Notes: generated from the sequence alone by a model not told the origin. Shown: positions 1 to 6,561, counted from the stretch's first letter. The stretch: 10,754 bases of DNA from Candidatus Limnocylindrus sp. (GCA_040397175.1 JBBAWM010000011.1:1-10754), one strand, 5' to 3'. A program made the numbers and translations.

Positions 1-273
1 ACTGGCGGAACGCCGGTTGTTTCTCAGACCATCACGCGAACGCCAGTCGGTGGCGTGATCACGGTTACTGGCGGCACACCAACTCCCGCCGCAACGAACG
101 TTGTATCCCCAGCCGCCGGCATCATCGCGGTCACTGGCAGCAGACCCCTGCTATTAGTAACGGTGATACCGCCACCACCGACCATCTCGATTACTGGCAC
201 CGCACCACAGTTGGTGTCAGCGGTACAACTAAGCCCCGCCAAAGCATCAATCGCGTTGACCGGTGGAACGGCC
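1..273 (+). repeat. Degenerate 60-66 bp (20-22 aa) coding repeats
   Basis: TG(G/S/T)x(P/A) units begin at 1, 67, 133, 193 and 259 (actggcgga, actggcggc, actggcagc, actggcacc, accggtgga). Confidence 0.75.
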
Positions 274-471
274 GCCGTCACTTTCGGCGTCTACACCACA
301 CCGATACCCGCGATCCGCGACACCCTCATCCTGCGGCGGGAAGAACGAAGCCTTTTAGTCTCGGGCAACCGAAACCAAATCCTGATCGTTCGTCGGGCAG
401 AGCGAAAGCTAGTCGTTTCCGGCAGCCGCACACACATTGTGAACCGTGCCAGCAGATCCACTGAAGCGTAA
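1..471 (+). CDS. Probable minor tail/virion protein, C-terminal part (5' truncated)
   Basis: Frame is open from base 1 (TGGTPVVSQTITRTP...) to TAA 469-471. T/G/P/V-rich 20-22 aa repeats; lies directly upstream of the lysis cassette. Confidence 0.65.
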   Translation, partial: TGGTPVVSQTITRTPVGGVITVTGGTPTPAATNVVSPAAGIIAVTGSRPLLLVTVIPPPPTISITGTAPQLVSAVQLSPAKASIALTGGTAAVTFGVYTTPIPAIRDTLILRREERSLLVSGNRNQILIVRRAERKLVVSGSRTHIVNRASRSTEA

Positions 472-481
472 GGAGAACCGC

Positions 482-568
482 GTGATTCCTATCGGTGACA
501 AGAACGGCGGCAAGCTCATCAAAGCGATCTTCGCCACCCTGAACAAGCTCCTAGGCAACAAGAAATGA
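482..568 (+). CDS. 28-aa cationic amphipathic peptide MIPIGDKNGGKLIKAIFATLNKLLGNKK (not in ORF track)
   Basis: SD AGGAG at 471-475, GTG at 482, TGA 566-568 overlapping the lysin A ATG (ATGA). Fills the gap between the tail gene and lysin A. Confidence 0.8.
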   Translation: MIPIGDKNGGKLIKAIFATLNKLLGNKK

Positions 569-1440
569 GTGCATCAGAAAACGGTTGGCAGCCCGGATGG
601 GTTGGGCAAGATCAACTTGAGTGGACCCAAATCCCCGGAACCACCGTTAACTTGCAAATCCGCAAAGGCCAACCACTCAAAATCATGCGAGCATTCGCGG
701 CCGACTTCAATGCCTACATTGAACCGCTACGCGACAAAGACTCGGCCTGCTACACGCCCACCAACTCAGTGTCCACATCCAACCATCTGAATGGCACGGC
801 GATGGATTTGAACTGGGGCGGAATGGGCGACTACGGACATCCGTTCCACGTCAAAGGCACCTTTAACGCCACCCAAATGAAAACCATCCGCGAGCTCTTG
901 GCGTTCTACGAGGACACCATTTTTTGGGCGGGGGACTGGCAAAGTCCCATTGACGAGATGCATTGGCAGATGGGTTACGGCAGTTACGGGAACCCCAACA
1001 CCGACAGCTTCATCGTCCGCAAAATCCGCTCCGACGGCTTCTCCACGTTTCGGCGTGGACCCATCCAAGCCCAAACGAAAGATGATGTTTCTCCGACGAC
1101 AGGAGTTGATGTGGCATCCATACCCCAGCAGCAGTGGGACGAGGTGTACCGCCAACTGACCCAAAGACTGAATAGCCGATCCATCTACCGCACCCCAGGC
1201 GAAGGCGCAGTTGATACCGGGTTCGGGATGGTGCTGAACATCGACGCTATGAGCCACGCCGATCTGATTGACCGGCTCGCGAAGCTCGGAGACCCCGACG
1301 CTGTCGCCCGAGTAGCCCGCACCGCCGCTGGCATGGGCGCTGTCACCGATCAGTGGGCAATTGACCACGCCAAGGTCGTTCTTGCCGACATTGAGAAGAA
1401 CAACCCCGCAGCACTCCAACAACTGTTGAAGAAAGTTTGA
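565..1440 (+). CDS. lysA: Lysin A (endolysin): N-terminal M15-family Zn peptidase plus putative C-terminal cell-wall-binding region
   Basis: SENGW start, SNHLNGTAMD (SxHxxGxAxD) and WAGDWQSPIDEMHWQ motifs typical of M15 peptidase domains in mycobacteriophage lysins; followed by a holin-like gene. Confidence 0.9.
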   Translation: MSASENGWQPGWVGQDQLEWTQIPGTTVNLQIRKGQPLKIMRAFAADFNAYIEPLRDKDSACYTPTNSVSTSNHLNGTAMDLNWGGMGDYGHPFHVKGTFNATQMKTIRELLAFYEDTIFWAGDWQSPIDEMHWQMGYGSYGNPNTDSFIVRKIRSDGFSTFRRGPIQAQTKDDVSPTTGVDVASIPQQQWDEVYRQLTQRLNSRSIYRTPGEGAVDTGFGMVLNIDAMSHADLIDRLAKLGDPDAVARVARTAAGMGAVTDQWAIDHAKVVLADIEKNNPAALQQLLKKV

Positions 1441-1820
1441 AAATGAGCGCCAAGATTCGCCTGACCCTGTACGTCGCATCCACCATCGTCTCGGGCATCG
1501 TCACCATCCTGGTGTCGTGGAAGTTCCTGGACCCGGGCACCGCTTCCACCCTCAACGATCTGATCCGCTCTCTGGCTGGCCTTCTCGGCACCGGGGCATC
1601 CGCCACCGCCGCCGTGGTGTTAAGCCAGCAGACCAAGAACGGCACCGTGGGCGCATCGGCGGCAGACCAAGCCATCACCGGTTTGGAAGCCACGGTGCGG
1701 CAGGCTTCGATTGCGGTCACCGATTTGGATCGGGTACGCCAAGCCGCTTCTGATGCTTTGTCCTCTGTTGTTCCCGGTTCGCTTGCCCAGCAGGTGATTG
1801 ATCTCGCCAAGCGGTTATGA
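1437..1820 (+). CDS. Putative holin (about 2 hydrophobic segments); alternative start ATG 1443
   Basis: Hydrophobic segments LTLYVASTIVSGIVTILVSW and LAGLLGTGASATAAVVL; directly after lysin A with a TTGA overlap. Confidence 0.75.
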   Translation: MKMSAKIRLTLYVASTIVSGIVTILVSWKFLDPGTASTLNDLIRSLAGLLGTGASATAAVVLSQQTKNGTVGASAADQAITGLEATVRQASIAVTDLDRVRQAASDALSSVVPGSLAQQVIDLAKRL

Positions 1821-2128
1821 ACCAAATCCCTAACCCTGACAGTTGGATGGATGTCGCCACTATCCTGCTTGCCACCGCAATGGTTGCGGTCCCGTCATGG
1901 TTTGCAGCCAGAAACCACAAAGGCATAGAGGCTGTAAAGGCACAGGTTCAAAATGCCCACAGCACCAACCTTCGTGACGACGTAGATAGGGCCATTAACG
2001 CTGTGGAACAACTCGGCCAAGACTTCCGTGGCATGAGACAAGACCTTGCCGCAGAGGAAAATCGCCGCCGATCAGAGGTGGCAGAACTGGAACGACGAAT
2101 CACGCAAGTGAGTCGCCGCCACCAATAA
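1817..2128 (+). CDS. 1-TM coiled-coil lysis-cassette membrane protein (DUF2746-like)
   Basis: N-terminal TM VATILLATAMVAVPSWFAA, then QVQNAHSTNLRDDVD and a heptad-rich tail; ATGA overlap with the holin. Confidence 0.75.
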   Translation: MNQIPNPDSWMDVATILLATAMVAVPSWFAARNHKGIEAVKAQVQNAHSTNLRDDVDRAINAVEQLGQDFRGMRQDLAAEENRRRSEVAELERRITQVSRRHQ

Positions 2129-2137
2129 GGAGAGAGT

Positions 2138-2371
2138 GTGTCTCTATCCGTACATCTGTCAACGCTCACTGCATCTCGCGGGAACTGGGGATGCGTGACG
2201 TGTTTGTGGCTTCAAGGATTGAACAAAGAAGATCGTGCCGCTTTCGACGACTGGGTGACAAAGAAGCTCAGTTTGGTGCAGTTGTGGGATGCATGTGCCC
2301 TAGAAGTTCCGCCGCTCCAAGTCAGCATTAGCGGTTTGCGAAACCACATCCGGCATCACGAGACGCTATGA
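2138..2371 (+). CDS. Small Cys/His protein (CxxC...HxxHH), possibly metal-binding
   Basis: SD AGGAG 2128-2132 before GTG 2138; motifs GCVTCLW and LRNHIRHH; ATGA overlap with the next gene. Confidence 0.75.
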   Translation: MSLSVHLSTLTASRGNWGCVTCLWLQGLNKEDRAAFDDWVTKKLSLVQLWDACALEVPPLQVSISGLRNHIRHHETL

Positions 2372-3525
2372 CCCTTGACGACCGGCTAGAAGAGTTAAAG
2401 GCTTACCCGCAAGCCGATGAAGTCAAGTATCAACCAAGAACAGAGTTCGACGGCACCACCGGGTATCTACAGACCGGGGTTTTAACAGAAGCACCCGCCG
2501 ACTACTCGGAACTGTTATCTCAGTTCGGATATGACCCTGACGTTGTGCAGATCGTTGGCCATCCCCGCATATCGAAGTGGCAGCAGCGTTCCCGCATCCG
2601 GGGAACATCCGACTACGAGACCTGCTGGCTCACCGCATTCAAGTTTCAGATCGCGGCGAAGGGCTTGGCATCATCTGTAACTGATATTGATGCCATCGCC
2701 AAGCGTGCCAAGAAACAACCCCAGTTGGGGAGCGGGCCGCACTGGCTGGTGTTCCAGGCCGGTGACCTTCAGATCGGTAAACGCTCCCGCGATGGCTCCA
2801 CCGAACAGATCGTGGAACGTTACTTTGAATCGTTGGAATCCACTGTTGCCGAATTCAAGGCGTTGAAGCGACACGGCATTGAGGGCATCCAAATTTCTAT
2901 GCCCGGGGATCTTTGCGAAGGCAACCAATCCCAGGCAGGCAAAAACCTGTGGCTCACGCAGGAAACCATCACTGAGCAAGGCCGCATCCTGCGCCGGCTG
3001 ATGATGGCCACCGTTGAGGCGTTCGCGCCACTAGTGGATCAAGTGCTACTAACGGCGGTTAACGGCAACCACGACGAAGCACAACGGCAACAAAACACCT
3101 ACCCGGGGGACGGTTGGGCCACCGAATCGGCTATCGCCGTGTCCGAAGCGCTAACCCTTAACCCCACCGCATATGGTCACGTGACGGTTCAAGTGCCCGA
3201 AAAGTGGTCAGGGTCGATGACCATCCCTGTTGGCAACACCATCGTCACCATCGTCCACGGCCATCAGTGGCGCACTGGGCAGGCATTCAAATGGTGGTCC
3301 GATCAAGCTCTCAACCATCAGCCGGCCGGGGCCGCACAAATATTGCAGCACGGCCACTACCACTCCTGGCAGATCGAAACCACAGAGTTCAAGACCCGCA
3401 TCCAATCCAGCACCTACGACTGCGGATCAGATTGGTATCGGGACAAACGCGGATCAACCAGCCGCCGGGGCGGACTTGTTTACTTACTCAACAGTGGTGA
3501 GGTTTCGCGGATGAGTCTGTTGTGA
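2368..3525 (+). CDS. Metallophosphoesterase (calcineurin-like/Mre11-like superfamily)
   Basis: Ordered motifs GDLQIG, GDLCEG, NGNHD, HGH and HGHYH in a 385-aa ORF. Confidence 0.85.
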   Translation: MTLDDRLEELKAYPQADEVKYQPRTEFDGTTGYLQTGVLTEAPADYSELLSQFGYDPDVVQIVGHPRISKWQQRSRIRGTSDYETCWLTAFKFQIAAKGLASSVTDIDAIAKRAKKQPQLGSGPHWLVFQAGDLQIGKRSRDGSTEQIVERYFESLESTVAEFKALKRHGIEGIQISMPGDLCEGNQSQAGKNLWLTQETITEQGRILRRLMMATVEAFAPLVDQVLLTAVNGNHDEAQRQQNTYPGDGWATESAIAVSEALTLNPTAYGHVTVQVPEKWSGSMTIPVGNTIVTIVHGHQWRTGQAFKWWSDQALNHQPAGAAQILQHGHYHSWQIETTEFKTRIQSSTYDCGSDWYRDKRGSTSRRGGLVYLLNSGEVSRMSLL

Positions 3526-3743
3526 AGCACGGCGACGTGGCATGGATCGCCTTGGCCGCTGGCATTGTCTTGTATGAAGTGGCCGCGCCAAAAGGCGAAC
3601 TGTTGAGCGAAGCAGTTGATCGCTATCGCTGGCACCACCCGTTCGTCACTAACGGTGTCATTGCTTATTTGTCATTGCACCTGCTACGGCAGTGGCCGCG
3701 CCAAATTGACCCACTTACCCAACTAGCAGCCAAGCTCAAATGA
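3522..3743 (+). CDS. Small hydrophobic/membrane protein
   Basis: GTGA overlap with the upstream gene; hydrophobic AWIALAAGIVLYEVAA and GVIAYLSLHLL segments. Confidence 0.7.
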   Translation: MKHGDVAWIALAAGIVLYEVAAPKGELLSEAVDRYRWHHPFVTNGVIAYLSLHLLRQWPRQIDPLTQLAAKLK

Positions 3744-3979
3744 CCACCCCGGTGGATCGTCTGCGGGCTGCCATACAGCGACTGCTCAACGCAGAGGGCG
3801 ACGGCTACATCCTTGACCAGTTCGTGCTGGCGCTTGGATTACAGCGCATGAACTCCGAAGGCGTCATCGAATCCACCGCCTGGGTGTGGGCTCCCGCCGA
3901 ACAGCCCGACTGGATCACCGATGGCCTACTGCGGGCCGCTTCCGAACTACGCGAAGACGCCGACATAGACACCGACTGA
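3740..3979 (+). CDS. Hypothetical protein, acidic C-terminus
   Basis: ATGA overlap; ends just before the terminator. Confidence 0.7.
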   Translation: MTTPVDRLRAAIQRLLNAEGDGYILDQFVLALGLQRMNSEGVIESTAWVWAPAEQPDWITDGLLRAASELREDADIDTD

Positions 3980-3995
3980 CACTGTTTGCTGAACT

Positions 3996-4025
3996 GACCC
4001 CACCCCTTTCGGGTGGGGTTCTTTT
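3996..4025 (+). terminator. Intrinsic terminator of the late/lysis operon
   Basis: Stem ACCCCACCC (3997-4005) / GGGTGGGGT (4011-4019), loop CTTTC, followed by TCTTTT. Confidence 0.85.
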
Positions 4026-4037
4026 CGCGTTCTAGCT

Positions 4038-4242
4038 ATGTGGACGCGGTCCACATGTAAACGTGTTCCCGCAGGTCGTCTGGGGTTGTCTGGGGTACAA
4101 CAGAAAACAGATACCAGCAGGTCAAAGGTTAATATGGCCGATATTTCATGGGGTTCGAATCCCCTTAGCTCCACCCAATTTACATAGTCTGAACTGCGGA
4201 AACAGAAAACAGAAACTTCCCGTCCACACACCCAGTCCACAT
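4038..4242. other. attP region with integrase arm-type sites
   Basis: GTCCACA(T) occurs four times: inverted pair ATGTGGAC-GCG-GTCCACAT (4038-4056) and direct pair 4222-4228 / 4235-4242, bracketing the tRNA-derived core next to int. Confidence 0.8.
4150..4175 (+). other. attP common core = 3' end of tRNA-Ala (T-arm plus acceptor strand); not a complete tRNA
   Basis: GGGGTTCGAATCCCCTTAGCTCCACC: T-stem/loop followed by TAGCTCCA, the acceptor 3' strand that pairs with GGGGCTA to give the Ala G3:U70 pair. No tRNA 5' half upstream. Confidence 0.85.
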
Positions 4243-4248
4243 TGCGCC

Positions 4249-4264
4249 TACGATGAGCGTCATG
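4249..4264 (+). promoter_or_regulatory. Putative leaderless int promoter (-10 TACGAT, 7 nt before ATG 4262)
   Basis: TANNNT hexamer at 4249-4254, then GAGCGTC and ATG; no obvious SD; no consensus -35. Confidence 0.45.
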
Positions 4265-5374
4265 AGCGTCAGAATCCGCACCCGCGCAGACGGCACCGCA
4301 TACACGCAGGTTCGGTTTCGGATCAGCGGTGTTGAGAGTTCAGTCTCTTTTGATGATCACGGTGAGGCGTTGGCATTCGACAAACTGATCACCAAAGTGG
4401 GTGTGGTTAAAGCTCTAGAGATCACCCGCATCGTGGTGGCCCAGGAGCAGGGCACCACGGTGGGTCAGTGGCTCACCCACTACATCGATCACCTGACCGG
4501 GGTGGGTGCTGAATCCATCACAAACTATCGGCGGTACGTGAAAAAGGATTTCGGGTCACTGGTGGATATGCCGCTGGTTGCCCTGACACCGGACGATGTG
4601 GCCGCGTGGCAGCAGGGGCTGAAGAACTTGGACGGCGGAGCGCCCTCGGGCAAGACAGTAGCCAATAAGCGCGGCTTCTTGGCGGGGGCGTTGGCCGGGG
4701 CGGTGCAGCGCGGACACCTGAAGTTCAATCCGTGCGACAACATTCGGTTGCCGCGCTGGGACCGCGCAGAAATGGTGTTCCTTGAGCCCGACGAATACCA
4801 GTTGTTGCGTTCAGAGATCCCGGTGTATTGGCGGGCGCTCACGGATTTCTTGGTGATGTCGGGGTGCCGGTGGGGTGAGGCGTCGGCGTTGCGTCCGCAG
4901 AATGTGGATCGTAAAGCGGGGACGGTGCGGATCTCTCAGGCGTGGAAGAAGGCCGATGGCGGCGGTTACGTGTTGGGTGTGCCGAAGACGAAGAAAAGTG
5001 TGCGGACGATCAACCTGCCGGGGTGGGTGGTGGATCAACTGGATTTCTCGGGGGAGTTCCTTTTCACCAATTCGGGGCGGGGCCGTCACCATGCGGGTGG
5101 GGTGGTGCGGAATGCAAGTTTCGCCCCGAACGTGTGGCATCCAGCGATTGATCGGGCGCAGGCGAAGGGGTTGACGAAACAGCCCCGGGTTCACGATCTG
5201 AGGCATACGTGTGCGTCGTGGTTGATTAACGAGGGCCGGCCGATCACTGCGGTGCAGGAAATGCTGGGACACGAATCCATCAAAACGACAGTAGATCTGT
5301 ATCACCACGCGAACCGGGCAAGCGGTAAGGAGAACGCCGACGTGCTGGGCGGGTTAATCAACCCGTTGCAGTAA
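4262..5374 (+). CDS. int: Tyrosine integrase (alternative start 4253)
   Basis: Catalytic motifs GCRWGEASAL (R), PKTKK (K), HDLRH (HxxR), LGH and DLY (Y); adjacent to a tRNA-derived att core. Confidence 0.95.
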   Translation: MSVRIRTRADGTAYTQVRFRISGVESSVSFDDHGEALAFDKLITKVGVVKALEITRIVVAQEQGTTVGQWLTHYIDHLTGVGAESITNYRRYVKKDFGSLVDMPLVALTPDDVAAWQQGLKNLDGGAPSGKTVANKRGFLAGALAGAVQRGHLKFNPCDNIRLPRWDRAEMVFLEPDEYQLLRSEIPVYWRALTDFLVMSGCRWGEASALRPQNVDRKAGTVRISQAWKKADGGGYVLGVPKTKKSVRTINLPGWVVDQLDFSGEFLFTNSGRGRHHAGGVVRNASFAPNVWHPAIDRAQAKGLTKQPRVHDLRHTCASWLINEGRPITAVQEMLGHESIKTTVDLYHHANRASGKENADVLGGLINPLQ

Positions 5375-6140
5375 CCCGTGATCGCCCACGGATACGGTGG
5401 CGTTTGCGCCGCCACGACAACCCGCTGATCCCGATCTTGCCGCCGGTCATTAATCCGAACAGGACAGCGGACATTGAAATCACCGATGGCGTGGCACCGT
5501 ATCCGTGGGCGGCTGCTAACGAAATCACCGCTAGGCCCATGCCAGCTAAACACGATCCCAAGTAGATGATGACGGGTCCGCGATCACCGCGACGCTTATC
5601 AGTGAGCAGCTTCACCAGTTGGTGGGCGATGATGGCAAGCAGGTAGGACATTTCGCACGCCACCGTCGTCCACAGAATTGGCACGCCCGGGTTCAGTCCG
5701 GTAATCGCTGGGTCTAGCAGCCACGGATCTTGCCACGCACCGGACCCGATGTAGGCGGCGATGATCACGCCCAGGCCGACGACGGTGGGCAACACAATGA
5801 GGCGGACAGATCGCATTGGGGGGGCGACGCCGTGGTGTTGTCGACGTTCCATCGTGATGGCAAAAAACGCCAACCCGGAGAAAGTAAACACGGTTGCCGC
5901 AATGTAGGACTGACCCCACCACCAAATCTGTTCACGCCCAAAGAACACAGGTGTCACGCACACCGCACCCGCAGTAAGCAGGATGACACCGATGGTGGTG
6001 GGGGATTCCCACCAACCCCAAGCGTGACGGCGTTGCCACACCGACCACACTCCCAACGTTGCTAGAACAATCAAGAAAATGCAGCCGATCAACGTGTTAT
6101 CGGCGGAGGTCAAAATCCCGGGGGGGGGCTCTGGCGTCAA
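5358..6140 (-). CDS. Multi-pass (~7 TM) membrane protein downstream of the repressor
   Basis: Seven hydrophobic stretches and a basic C-terminal tail (WRRKRHR). TTG start with an in-frame TAA a few codons upstream; same strand as the repressor. Confidence 0.8.
   Translation of the reverse strand: MTPEPPPGILTSADNTLIGCIFLIVLATLGVWSVWQRRHAWGWWESPTTIGVILLTAGAVCVTPVFFGREQIWWWGQSYIAATVFTFSGLAFFAITMERRQHHGVAPPMRSVRLIVLPTVVGLGVIIAAYIGSGAWQDPWLLDPAITGLNPGVPILWTTVACEMSYLLAIIAHQLVKLLTDKRRGDRGPVIIYLGSCLAGMGLAVISLAAAHGYGATPSVISMSAVLFGLMTGGKIGISGLSWRRKRHRIRGRSRVTATG
6120..6128 (-). repeat. C9 homopolymer (G9 on + strand) at codons 5-7 of the membrane gene
   Basis: caaaatccc-ggggggggg-ctctgg; encodes Pro-Pro-Pro. 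Confidence 0.9.
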
Positions 6141-6225
6141 GGCGTCTTATTCTTTCTCTGGGTCTGGAAGAAGGGGTTAGCTGGTGATGCTCCCAAAATA
6201 TGGGAGAAGAACGTTGTGGGCGCAA

Positions 6226-6561
6226 TCAGAGGTCAGGAGTGGGTGCTGTGCGCTTCTTCCAACGGCGCTGAATTTCTGCAAACAGGTCGTCATCAGATAT
6301 TTCGGATAAACCCGTGCCTTGGCCGACTTCCACGGCGGAGAAAGCGTCCGCCATTTCCAGGTAGCCGGCCGCGATCAATGCTTCGACGGCGGGGCGTCCG
6401 TATCCCCGGGCGAAAGCAATCACTGTTTTGACGCGGGGTTGTTCACCGGCTCGCCAACGTGAGATCGCGGACGCATCAACTCCGATGCTTTGGGCGATCT
6501 CGCGGTTCTGTTGATCCCCGGCGATGCGGGTGACGTACTCCCAGAACGATTCGGTGGGCAT
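6226..6561 (-). CDS. XRE-family HTH immunity repressor (alternative start 6591)
   Basis: QQNREIAQSIGVDASAISRWRAGEQP HTH, then EALIAAGYL and LSEISDDDLFAEIQRR, typical of actinophage repressors; divergent from the early operon. Confidence 0.82.
   Translation of the reverse strand: MPTESFWEYVTRIAGDQQNREIAQSIGVDASAISRWRAGEQPRVKTVIAFARGYGRPAVEALIAAGYLEMADAFSAVEVGQGTGLSEISDDDLFAEIQRRWKKRTAPTPDL

Noticed and set aside
766-1825. Long antisense ORFs (766-1479, 1343-1825) and similar ones at 4811-5308, 6725-7432, 7460-7915, 8441-8926
   Set aside because: Shadow frames of well-supported genes, expected in GC-rich DNA; no recognisable motifs.
4150-4175. Full tRNA gene or tmRNA
   Set aside because: Only the T-arm and acceptor 3' strand are present, with no D or anticodon arm upstream; better explained as the attP core.
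3947-4335. ORFs spanning attP (3947-4240 minus, 4063-4335 plus) as an integration-dependent immunity switch
   Set aside because: No HTH or recognisable product, and they cross the terminator or att sites. The real repressor lies 2 kb away and does not contain attP.
4253-5374. G-rich skew of int (30 G vs 11 C in 4861-4920) as a sign of foreign origin
   Set aside because: Only spot-counted; mosaic codon differences are ordinary in phage genomes.
5436-5438. Lys235 in the last TM of the 7-TM protein suggesting a microbial rhodopsin
   Set aside because: Context MTGGKIG lacks DxxxK or SxxxK, and helix 3 lacks RYxxW or RWxEY motifs.
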